The notes beneath the pieces were generated by a model, which saw only the letters and a list, made by a program, of their open reading frames with translations, was not told the origin of the DNA and made no database searches. Below are positions 19,771 through 28,516 of a stretch of DNA of 64,000 bases, piece after piece. Source of the stretch: Vicinamibacteria bacterium (lineage in GTDB: Bacteria; Acidobacteriota; Vicinamibacteria; Marinacidobacterales; Marinacidobacteraceae); the NCBI GenBank assembly GCA_963668695.2, contig CAXXLQ010000004.1, positions 1,408,001 through 1,472,000 of the forward strand, given 5' to 3'. The stretch's first letter is position 1. Each line of letters begins with the position of its first letter. A program made the position numbers and the translations under genes.

Positions 19771-22662
19771 TTAGAAGGTAAGCCTCACCGAGATCCCGAC
19801 GGTGCGTCCCTTGAGGTAATCCACGATCCTCTGATACGGGACCACCGAGTCAAGCATCTGGAAGTTCGTGATCGTGGCCGCATTCAGGGCGTTGTACAGA
19901 TCAAAGATCGCCTGCACCCGCATTGTGTCTCCGAGCGCGAATGACTTGTCCACTCGCAAGTCAATCACGGTCACGTTGGCCGAGCGATTCTCGTTCATGT
20001 ATCCGAGCCACATATATGGCTTCAGGGCGCCGTCGTACAGATTGAGCCGATGGGTTGGAGCGAAGTTGAAACCGCTGATGTAGCGGTAGGTGCCGGCCAG
20101 CCCAATCTCATACGGGAGCATGTAGCGCGCCGACGACTTCAACTGGTAGGTGCTCGTTTTCTGAATCGTCGGGATGTCCTGGTCGTAGTTGATGAACCAC
20201 CCCTGCGCGGTCGGATCCGAGGAAAGGGGGTTTAGCGCCCCCCACGAGGTCGAGGAAGTTCCCGGGCTTCGGGGCTCGGTGCGCCACTGATAGTCGAAGT
20301 AGATGTTGTAGAAGAAGTTGTTTCGGAACCGCTTGTTCAGCGCCAGCGACAGGGTGTGGAAGTCCATGTCGCTCTCCCCCGCCGGGTGATTCGTCGTCAG
20401 GTTGTCGGACTTGCCCACGAGATGTTCAGGGGGCACCATCAGGTTGAACGACCGGCTGTACCCGGCGGGGCACCCGTCGCAGGTCGCAACGGTGGCTGCC
20501 GTGTTCCGGTTGTTGAGCTCAATCAGGTTGACGCCGCTCCAGGTGTTCCGCATCCTCTTGTACACATAGGAAACCCGCGCCCCGAGATCGGCGGTCACCT
20601 CGTGCTCCAGGGAGGCGCTCAACTCGTCGGCGTAAGGCAACGACCAGTCCGAATCGATGGGAGTTCCGGAGCCGGCCCCGGCCGCGAACGCAAGCTCTTC
20701 GCCCAGTTCGGAAATGTCGTCCAGCACCGCGTTCTGGTTCTGGTCAAGGAACCGGTAGGTGCCGGATGCCTGACCGCCCGGATTCGCCGAGGACAGCCCG
20801 GTCCCGACGTTCGAGTAGTAGCGCCCGAAGTACGCCTTGAACACCGAGGAACCCTCACCGGTCAAGTCGTAGGTGATGCCGACCCTCGGCGCGAGGTTCC
20901 GGTGGGTGTACACAGTACCGCCGGGAATCGTTCCACCCTCGCCGAACACGCCCCGCAGAACTTCGCTCTGGTTGGCTGGGAGTTCAAACTGGCAGAGCAG
21001 CGCTTCGTGACAGGCGCCACCCGGTGAGTTGTCGGATTCCAGGTAGGAGAGCTGCTGGCTGCCGAAACGGACCCCGAACAGGACCGTGAGCCGGTCGTTC
21101 ACCGTCCAGACGTCCTGAGCGAACAGGTCCAGATGCATGTTCCGGTCGTCGGTCAAGTTGGGGACGCCGATGACCGCGACGCGGTCTACATTGTGCGGCC
21201 GCCCCTCCGAGGCGTCGTCGAAATACCGGAATGCGCCGGAGTTGGAGTTCCACCCGAAGAATTCGGAGTCAATCTGCCAATCCCACCCGAACTTGAAGTC
21301 GTGACTTCCGGAGCCGATCGGTATGTAGTAGTTGAACTGCCCGGTGCTCTGCGGCTTCCAGCGCTTGCTCGTGAACGGCTGCCATCCGGCGCCCGACCGA
21401 ACGCTCGTCGTGGCCTCGATCCGCGGCTCGTTTCCGTTGATCGGGTCGCCCTTCGGGACCATCGGCCAGACGGTGCCCATGTGGCCGATCATCATGTTGC
21501 TGTAGAGCCGGTCGCTCCAGACACGCTGCCACTCGGCCTTGTGCAGCCAGATCCAGTAGTCCTGCCCAAGAACCGATGCGGCCGGAATCGTGCTGGAAAT
21601 GTTCCGATTGGGCTTGCGCTTCCAGGACCAGGTGGAGAACCCGATGAACTGGTCGCGCTCCGTGATCTGGTAGTTCAACTTGGTCGTGAAGATGTCGAAG
21701 TCCCCGATGTCGGTGCCGAGGCTCTGGTCCTGCCCGGAAACCGCGGTGTCGATGAAGTAGTTGTTGTAGGCAACGTAGAACCACGCCTTGTCCCGGACGA
21801 TGGGGCCGCCGAGATCGAGGTGGAACTCGTAGAACTTGAGCACTGGCGCCGGGGAGCCGCCGCGGGCCTCGAGTTCGCTCGAAAAGTTGTCGCCGATCCA
21901 GTCCGCCGGGTTCACGTGGCCGCTCTGGAGGCCGGAGAAGTCGTTGCCGCCGGTCTTGACGGTGGTCTGGATCTGAGCCCCCGGGGTGGACATCTCCACG
22001 TCGGCGCCCTGAGCCGAGACCTGGAATTCTTCCATCGCGTAGTAGTCGTAGTACCCGCCGGCGCTGCCGGAACCCTCGGTGGTGTTCACTCCCTCGTAGA
22101 GGACCCGGTTCTGGCTGCGCACGCCGAAGGTCTCGTACATGGACTGCTGGCTCTTGTGCGAACCGCCCACGTCGTAGCCCTGGACCCGGATTCCCGGGCT
22201 CTGGTGCAGCACCGCCCACATGTCGGTGGCCGTCGGCACTTCGTCGAGCTGGGTCTTGTCGAAGGTCGCCGCCACTCCGGTGGACTTCACGTCCACTACC
22301 GGCGATTCGCCGGTCACCGTGACCGTCTCGGCCACCGTGGCGATCTGCATGTCGGCGTTCACGCTGAACGTGGCGCCGGTGACGACCCGGATGTCTTCGA
22401 ACAAAATGGTCTGGAAACCGCTCAGTTCGAACTGGAGCAGGTAGTCGCCCGGGGGCAGCGCCGGGAACCGGTACGAACCGTCCACGTCGGTGGTCGCGTT
22501 CCGGCCGCCGATGATGGCCTCACCCGAGAGGGTGACGGACACTCCGGGGAGGGCGAGTCCCTGGGCATCGCGCGCCGCACCTTCAAGGCGTCCGTACTGC
22601 TGCTGCGCGAGCGCCGGGACGGCGAACGCCACGAACAGAAGAGCGAGAAGAATCTTTCTCAT
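19771..22662 (-). CDS. TonB-dependent receptor (TBDR4)
   Basis: Start MRKILLALL after GGAGGG; close paralog of TBDR3; ends RLTF. Confidence 0.93.
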   Translation of the reverse strand: MRKILLALLFVAFAVPALAQQQYGRLEGAARDAQGLALPGVSVTLSGEAIIGGRNATTDVDGSYRFPALPPGDYLLQFELSGFQTILFEDIRVVTGATFSVNADMQIATVAETVTVTGESPVVDVKSTGVAATFDKTQLDEVPTATDMWAVLHQSPGIRVQGYDVGGSHKSQQSMYETFGVRSQNRVLYEGVNTTEGSGSAGGYYDYYAMEEFQVSAQGADVEMSTPGAQIQTTVKTGGNDFSGLQSGHVNPADWIGDNFSSELEARGGSPAPVLKFYEFHLDLGGPIVRDKAWFYVAYNNYFIDTAVSGQDQSLGTDIGDFDIFTTKLNYQITERDQFIGFSTWSWKRKPNRNISSTIPAASVLGQDYWIWLHKAEWQRVWSDRLYSNMMIGHMGTVWPMVPKGDPINGNEPRIEATTSVRSGAGWQPFTSKRWKPQSTGQFNYYIPIGSGSHDFKFGWDWQIDSEFFGWNSNSGAFRYFDDASEGRPHNVDRVAVIGVPNLTDDRNMHLDLFAQDVWTVNDRLTVLFGVRFGSQQLSYLESDNSPGGACHEALLCQFELPANQSEVLRGVFGEGGTIPGGTVYTHRNLAPRVGITYDLTGEGSSVFKAYFGRYYSNVGTGLSSANPGGQASGTYRFLDQNQNAVLDDISELGEELAFAAGAGSGTPIDSDWSLPYADELSASLEHEVTADLGARVSYVYKRMRNTWSGVNLIELNNRNTAATVATCDGCPAGYSRSFNLMVPPEHLVGKSDNLTTNHPAGESDMDFHTLSLALNKRFRNNFFYNIYFDYQWRTEPRSPGTSSTSWGALNPLSSDPTAQGWFINYDQDIPTIQKTSTYQLKSSARYMLPYEIGLAGTYRYISGFNFAPTHRLNLYDGALKPYMWLGYMNENRSANVTVIDLRVDKSFALGDTMRVQAIFDLYNALNAATITNFQMLDSVVPYQRIVDYLKGRTVGISVRLTF

Positions 22663-22899
22663 GGTCCCTCCTTCAACGGGATGAGGCAAGGGATGTGAAC
22701 TCGGAATCCGAAACGGATACGCCATCATGGTTTCTTGCCGCGCGTCCTCTGTTCCAAGGTTTTCCAGCAGGTTGAAGCTGCGGACGGCAAATCGGATCAG
22801 CCAACGGTTCCGGAATCCAAATTCGGGGACCGATCATACGACTGAGCGTTGGCCGAAGTCCAGCGAGTCTCGATCCGCGCCGCCTCCGCGCCTCGCGGC

Positions 22900-24474
22900 T
22901 CAGCGGAAGGCGGGTTCCGGCATCGCCTGGCGCAGCATCCCCAGGAAGTCCGGTCGCAGTTCGGCGCCCAGCCGACGACCTTCGTGGGCCACCTCCCAGG
23001 CGCCCTCGAAATTCCCGGTGGAGGCGAGCGTCGCGGCGAGCCCCAGGCGGTAATCCCCACGGAACGGCTCCTTGCCGACCGCGATCCGGAAATGCCGGAT
23101 CGCCTCGCCGAACTGGCGGTTCGCCGCGAGCACCTGGGCGATCGAGTCGTGCGTTCCCGCCCGCTCCGGTTCCTGTTCGAGGGCCCTCCGAAACCAGCGG
23201 AGCGCTTCAGGCCTCCTGCCGTCGAGCGCCGCGATGCTGCCGAGGCTGGAGAGCGCTCCCGGGTGGTTCGGCTGGACTTCGAGCGCGTGCAGGCAGCGCC
23301 GCTCCGCCTCGTCCAGGTTCCCCGCCTGCGCGAGGACGATGCTCGAGTTGATCAGCGCCGAGACGTGGTCGGGATTCTTCTCGAGCGCCGTGGTCCAGGC
23401 GGCGAGCGCCTCTTCGTTTTTTCCCTGCCGGGAGAGGTTGTTCCCGAGGTTGTAGTAAAGATCGGCGGCGTCCGGACGTGACCGGATCATTTCCCTGAGC
23501 AGGCGCTCCGCGACTTCCGGACGACCGGCCCCCTCGGCGGCGAAGGCGCGCCGCTCCTTTCCGATGACCGAGACGGCCACCTGGTTCACGGCGTCGATGA
23601 GCGGATCGCTGATCAAGAGGTCGTGGTCGAGACCACGCGCCCGTTCCGCGGCCGCCCGCGCCCTCTCGGCGTCACCGGTGCGGCGGTACACCCGGGCGAG
23701 CGCCGCGGCCACCGCGCCGGATTCCGGAGCGAGCGCCTCCGCCTGCTCCAGCAGGGGCAGCGCCTCCTCGAGGTTTTCGTCCCCCGCGAGCAACCGTCCC
23801 AGCCGGAAGCTGGCGGCCGCGGTGTTCGCCGGGGCAGCGCGGGTTCCGCCCATCCGGTCGAGCGCCTCTCGATAGTGCGCCTTCGCGGTCTCGGGGTCGC
23901 CGCGATCCTCGGCAATCTGTCCGGCGAGCAGGTAGGCGGGCGCGTAGTCCGGGTTCAATCCGATCGCGTCCAGGGCAGAATTCTCGGCGGCCTCCGGATC
24001 CAGCCGCCAAAGCGACCTGGCGCGCAGGTAAGGGAATCGGTAGTCCTCTTCCGCCAGTGCGGCGGCGGCGCTGTAGGCCGCGGCCGCTTCCCCCTGGAGT
24101 TCGTGCGCGAGGAAGACCGTTCCGAGTGCCGCCCAGCGGTCCGGGGAATCGGGTTCCTCGAGCAGTGCGCTCCTTGTCCGGCGGATCACCTCGGCGACCT
24201 CGGGTTCCATCCGGGAAAGATCAGGGTCCGGAGGTTCGGGAAGGTCCGGGCCCGCGCGCAGAACGAAAAGGAGGGCGATTGCCACGATGACGGCGAAAGC
24301 CCCGAGCCACCGGGAGAGCGGTTTTCTGCCGCTCGACGCGTCCTGAACCGCTTCGCGAGATCCCGTCTCCCGCCCGTGGGTCCGACTTGCGGTCTCGCGA
24401 GCCTGCCTTGGTTGCGGTCGACCCGCTCGCGCCTTCTCCGGTCGCTGTCTCCGAGGCTGCCGGGATCGGGCCAT
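22900..24474 (-). CDS. Membrane-anchored tetratricopeptide-repeat protein
   Basis: Basic N-terminus, one TM segment, multiple TPRs (YYNLGNNL..ALEKNPD, ALSSLGSI..ALEQEPE). Confidence 0.88.
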   Translation of the reverse strand: MARSRQPRRQRPEKARAGRPQPRQARETASRTHGRETGSREAVQDASSGRKPLSRWLGAFAVIVAIALLFVLRAGPDLPEPPDPDLSRMEPEVAEVIRRTRSALLEEPDSPDRWAALGTVFLAHELQGEAAAAYSAAAALAEEDYRFPYLRARSLWRLDPEAAENSALDAIGLNPDYAPAYLLAGQIAEDRGDPETAKAHYREALDRMGGTRAAPANTAAASFRLGRLLAGDENLEEALPLLEQAEALAPESGAVAAALARVYRRTGDAERARAAAERARGLDHDLLISDPLIDAVNQVAVSVIGKERRAFAAEGAGRPEVAERLLREMIRSRPDAADLYYNLGNNLSRQGKNEEALAAWTTALEKNPDHVSALINSSIVLAQAGNLDEAERRCLHALEVQPNHPGALSSLGSIAALDGRRPEALRWFRRALEQEPERAGTHDSIAQVLAANRQFGEAIRHFRIAVGKEPFRGDYRLGLAATLASTGNFEGAWEVAHEGRRLGAELRPDFLGMLRQAMPEPAFR

Positions 24475-24478
24475 CGTC

Positions 24479-24550
24479 TTCAGCGGGGCTGGCCTTTTCA
24501 GCGGGGCTGGCCTTTTCAGCGGGGCTGGCCTTTTCAGCGGGGCTGGCCTT
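24479..24550. repeat. 18-bp tandem repeat x4
   Basis: (TTCAGCGGGGCTGGCCTT)4 spanning the CRTAC1 stop and the intergenic space. Confidence 0.95.
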
Positions 24551-26198
24551 CGCCCTTCCGCAGGCTGACGGTATCGCTCTCGGTCCCGAGGAAGGTTTCG
24601 CGGTTCCCATCCGGCCAGACGACCTCGAATTCGATCACCTTGTCGTTCGGCGGGACGGCGAAGAACGCGCGGGGATCGCCGCTCGCCAGGTAGCCTCCGC
24701 CCGGGTCGGCCCGGCGGACGGCCCGCCGGCCGCCTTCGAAGACTGCAGTGACCACCGTGGGGAAGGCCGCCGTCCCCGCCGCGTCGAGCGTGCTGACGCG
24801 GAGCGGCGCTCCCTGCTTCGCGAAATCGTTCCGGTAGAGCCGGGCCGGCCCCTCGGCGTTGGCAAGCAGCAGGTCGAGGTCGCCGTCTTCGTCGTAGTCA
24901 GCGAGTGCGAGGCCCCGGCTCACCTCGATGACCGTGGAGAAATCGCCGGAACCGTCGAAGGCGGTGAACAGGGCGTCGGTTCCCTGGGTTCCGCCGTTGC
25001 GGAAGACCTGGTTCGGCTCGCCGAACACCTTCCAGAAGGCGTCGCCGAGCGCCCCCGGAAGGGCGGACTTTTGTTGTACCCGTCCGTTCGCCACCACGAG
25101 ATCCAGGGCCCCGTCGAGGTCGAGATCCGAAAAGCCCACGCCGAAACCGGTCATCGCCATGCTCGCCGGCCCGAGACCCGAGGGGCCGGTGCGGTCGGCG
25201 AAGGAGAGGCCGAGGTCGGCTCCGTCGCTCCGATAGAGGGTGTTCGTCTCGTCGGCGACGTGGGTGATGAAGAGGTCGAGGTCGAGATCGGCATCCACGT
25301 CGCCGAGCGCGATGCCCATCCCGGCTTCGGGCCGTCCGGCGTCGTTCAGGGCGACTCCCGCGAGGAAGGCGTCATCGGCGAAGCCGTCTGCTCCCTGGTT
25401 CAGCCAGAGCTGGTTCGCTTCCCCGTCGTTCGCCACGTAGAAGTCGAGGCGGCCGTCCCCGTCGAAGTCGTGGCAGACCACTCCGAGGCCGGGGGCGTGG
25501 ACCGTGCGCAGTCCCGCGGCGAGGGACACGTCTTCGAAACGCCCGCCGCCGAGGTTCCGGTAGAGGTAGTCATGGGAGCCGGGGAAGACCTGGGGGCTGC
25601 AGTAGTCCTGACTGCCGTCCTGTTGGGTGCAGTGCTTGGCCGGGTCGTTCCGCACGTAGCGGGCTACGTAGAGGTCGAGCCGTCCGTCGGCGTCGTAGTC
25701 GCAAAACGCCGCCGAGGAGGACCATCCCTGGCCGGCGACGCCCGCGGATGCGGTCGCGTCTTCGAAGCGGCCGTCGCCCAGACTCCGGTACAAGACGTCC
25801 GGACCGTAGTTCGTGACGAACAGATCGGTCCGGCCGTCGCCGTCGAAATCCGCGGCCGCGAGTCCCATGCCGTACCCGGTATCCGCCGTGCCCGAAGAGT
25901 TGCTCGCATCCACAAAGCGTCCCGGAGTCTCCTGTAGGTAGAGGGCGTTCCCCGGAGCTCCGGCCCGCGGACCGGCCGGATCCGCCGGACGGCCGCCCTG
26001 GAGCAGATAGATGTCGAGATCCCCGTCTCCGTCGGCGTCGAAGAACCCGGCTCCCGCGCCGGTGATCTCGGGCAGTGAGAAGTTGCCTTCGTCGCCCGCG
26101 TCGTGGACGAAACGGATGCCCGCTTCTTCGGTGACCTCGGTGAATCCCTGCGCGCTCGCGAAGCCGGAGCCCCAAAGGACGATGCCGAGCGCCGCCAT
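24534..26198 (-). CDS. CRTAC1-family protein (FG-GAP/VCBS repeats + ASPIC/UnbV domain)
   Basis: Repeated DxDGDGxxD motifs, GMGLAAAD, VSRGLALADYDEDGDLD, GGGYLAS..VVWPDG; alternative TTG start at 26225. Confidence 0.9.
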   Translation of the reverse strand: MAALGIVLWGSGFASAQGFTEVTEEAGIRFVHDAGDEGNFSLPEITGAGAGFFDADGDGDLDIYLLQGGRPADPAGPRAGAPGNALYLQETPGRFVDASNSSGTADTGYGMGLAAADFDGDGRTDLFVTNYGPDVLYRSLGDGRFEDATASAGVAGQGWSSSAAFCDYDADGRLDLYVARYVRNDPAKHCTQQDGSQDYCSPQVFPGSHDYLYRNLGGGRFEDVSLAAGLRTVHAPGLGVVCHDFDGDGRLDFYVANDGEANQLWLNQGADGFADDAFLAGVALNDAGRPEAGMGIALGDVDADLDLDLFITHVADETNTLYRSDGADLGLSFADRTGPSGLGPASMAMTGFGVGFSDLDLDGALDLVVANGRVQQKSALPGALGDAFWKVFGEPNQVFRNGGTQGTDALFTAFDGSGDFSTVIEVSRGLALADYDEDGDLDLLLANAEGPARLYRNDFAKQGAPLRVSTLDAAGTAAFPTVVTAVFEGGRRAVRRADPGGGYLASGDPRAFFAVPPNDKVIEFEVVWPDGNRETFLGTESDTVSLRKGEGQPR

Positions 26199-26367
26199 GA
26201 AGTGTGTTCCCGCGCGGCGGCTCAAAGCCCGTTCAGTATAGGGAGGCAGGATATGGAGGCAGGTCAAGATATTCGCCGGAACCGACCTCCCCGACCAGAC
26301 GTTAGATCGGTGCAAGGGCAATGGGGCGCCGCGGCGCGGCCCGGCGTTCCGCAAGGGAGAGCACTCG

Positions 26368-27210
26368 ATGACGAAAAAGGCACAGACGACAATCTGGCTC
26401 GTGGCGGCGGTTCTCGTCGCGCCGGCGGCGTTCGCGCAGGACCGGGGGCGCTGTGAATTCCAGGACATCCGGGAGTTGAGCGGTCCGGCTGCCGGGACCC
26501 TGGCAGTGAAGAGCGGGGCCGGCGCCGTCGAGATTCGGGGTGAGCCCGGGCTTGACGAGTTTCGGGTTGTCGCCACGCTCTGCGCTTCCGATCAGGAGCG
26601 GCTCGACGGCCTTTCCGTATCCCTTGAAGGGGGCCGGCTTGACACCAGGTACCCGAAACAGCGCTGGGGATGGGGAAGGAACTACGCGAGCATTGCTCTG
26701 ACGGTCCGGGTTCCGGCCGCCACCGCCATCGAGCTGGAAGACGGGTCGGGATCGGTCAAGGTCTCGGACGTGGGATGGGTCTCGGTGGATGACGGGTCCG
26801 GAAGCCTTGAAATTCGTGGCGCCCGGGGTGATGTCCGGGTGGAAGACGGATCCGGCAGCCTCAGGATCGAGGACATCACCGGGGATGTCGCCGTGGACGA
26901 TGGCTCCGGGAGCCTCACGATTCGCAACGTCTCGGGCAATGTCTCGGTGGACGACGGGTCCGGCGGTCTCGACGTGCGTGCGGTCACCGGAAACGTGCTG
27001 GTGAGCGACGACGGATCGGGCAGTATTGAGATCGAGGAAGTCGGCGGGGGGGTGCGAATCAGCGATCCCGGTTCGGGGGGAATCTCGGTTCGTGATGTCG
27101 AAGGCGATCTGACGGTTCGTGGAACGCGGAGGTCGCGGATCGACTACCACGACATCCGGGGCGAACTGGATCTGCCCCCGGAGCGCCGTCGGGGCAGAGA
27201 CCGGCGCTAA
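26368..27210 (+). CDS. Secreted DUF4097/adhesin-like beta-strand repeat protein
   Basis: Signal peptide; repeated DDGSGSLxI units; RBS GGAG. Confidence 0.85.
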   Translation: MTKKAQTTIWLVAAVLVAPAAFAQDRGRCEFQDIRELSGPAAGTLAVKSGAGAVEIRGEPGLDEFRVVATLCASDQERLDGLSVSLEGGRLDTRYPKQRWGWGRNYASIALTVRVPAATAIELEDGSGSVKVSDVGWVSVDDGSGSLEIRGARGDVRVEDGSGSLRIEDITGDVAVDDGSGSLTIRNVSGNVSVDDGSGGLDVRAVTGNVLVSDDGSGSIEIEEVGGGVRISDPGSGGISVRDVEGDLTVRGTRRSRIDYHDIRGELDLPPERRRGRDRR

Positions 27211-27289
27211 CTCGCCCTCATCCAGCCAAGGGCTGCGGAGCGCGCGACGCCATCCGTTTCCGGCGGCCGAGTTCCGCCACCAACGCGCT

Positions 27290-27895
27290 CTACCGACGCA
27301 AAGCGGCGCGGCCGCGAACCAGATCTTCCAGATCGTCGAGCTGGTGCGAGGCCTCGCTGCCGGTGCCGCTGGATGCCGCCTGGATCGGAAACAGCAGCGT
27401 CAGGTCGCCGTCTTCCCCCCGTGAGAGGGGCATCTTGCCTTCGGGTCCCCCGAGGACCGAGGGCAGGCGTCCGCGGGTGCCCCGCAGGAAGACCACAGTT
27501 TCCTCGCCCACCCGGAAGTGCGGCATCTCGGAGACCATGACGGTGGTTTCTCCGACGGTGCCGCCCGGGATACGGAACACGATCTGCCTGCCAGCCTGAC
27601 CGGACAGCACCCGCTCGACCCGCATCGTGACCCGGGTGTAGATGCGCGAATGGTCGTGGTTCCAGGTTGACTCCATCTTCTCGATGGTGCCCGCGACCAC
27701 CTGGGTGGCCAGTTCGGACATCTTTGCGATTCCGAGTGGTGCGAACGGTGACGGAATGAGCCCTTGCCGCTGCGCTGCGACAGCCGCGGGAATGACGAGC
27801 ATGGTCAGCACCACGGCGGCCGCTGTCGCTCCAGGCCCCACCGCGCCCCGAGGAGCGTCGAGTTCCGGGGATGAGGTGGATGGGTGGGTGGTCAT
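27290..27895 (-). CDS. Secreted hypothetical protein (OB/TIMP-like domain of the type seen N-terminal to matrixins)
   Basis: VVAGTI..IYTRVTMRVERVLSG..PGGTVG..MPHFRVGEETVVFL pattern; hydrophobic leader; RBS GAGG. Confidence 0.65.
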   Translation of the reverse strand: MTTHPSTSSPELDAPRGAVGPGATAAAVVLTMLVIPAAVAAQRQGLIPSPFAPLGIAKMSELATQVVAGTIEKMESTWNHDHSRIYTRVTMRVERVLSGQAGRQIVFRIPGGTVGETTVMVSEMPHFRVGEETVVFLRGTRGRLPSVLGGPEGKMPLSRGEDGDLTLLFPIQAASSGTGSEASHQLDDLEDLVRGRAALRR

Positions 27896-28335
27896 CGGCG
27901 TTCCTCAGTGGACGTTGCAGGTCGGAGTCTCGCACTCCGTGCGGACGCGGAGCGAGTGCCATCCCCGAGGATGACAGCCAGGATCGCGACGACTGCAGCT
28001 TGGACGCGCGGACTGCCTTCACGCTGGTTGATGCTCGTTGGACATCGCATTGGTCGCACTCGCACTCAATCCCGTTCCGCCCGATAGGGCAGGGTACGGG
28101 AGCAAGACAACTCCGTGCCAGGGGAGCGGGGGACTGGGTGGCTCTTGCTGCAACCGCGGTGCGCTTTTTGGGGGACGCGGGTGGTGCGGGTTTGACCTAC
28201 CTCCGGGGCTCCCGTCCGGGCGGAGCTGTCCGGCACGGATGGCGGCCCCGGGGAACAGTTGCTGCGCGGCTCGATCCCGCTGCCGCGGGGCCGGGTGGCC
28301 GGCGAGGAATCGCCAGCCACCCCGCAGGGTGCTTA

Positions 28336-28516
28336 ACAGCCTGTGGCAAAACCCACGCGGCGTTCGACCGGCGATGCATCCCGGCTGAACCGCGTCGCTT
28401 CGCGCCGCTCATCGTTGCGTTTCGGTCGAAATACGCCCGGTATTCCTCCCTCACGCGCCTCGTCAGCCGGGCGCCTCGCCGGTCTCGGCGCTCACGTGGG
28501 TTTCACCACCGGCTGT
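28336..28516. mobile_element. MITE-like element family A, empty form (no 19-nt module)
   Basis: TA-ACAGCCTGTGG..CCACCGGCTGT-TA; the end coincides with the TBDR5 stop TAA. Confidence 0.85.

Noticed and set aside
13241-22662. Diversity-generating retroelement acting on the TBDRs
   Set aside because: No reverse transcriptase in the window; differences are not adenine-specific and span whole genes
28081-28100. TGGCAC..TTGC upstream of the 27895 gene as a sigma54 promoter
   Set aside because: Wrong spacing between GG and GC
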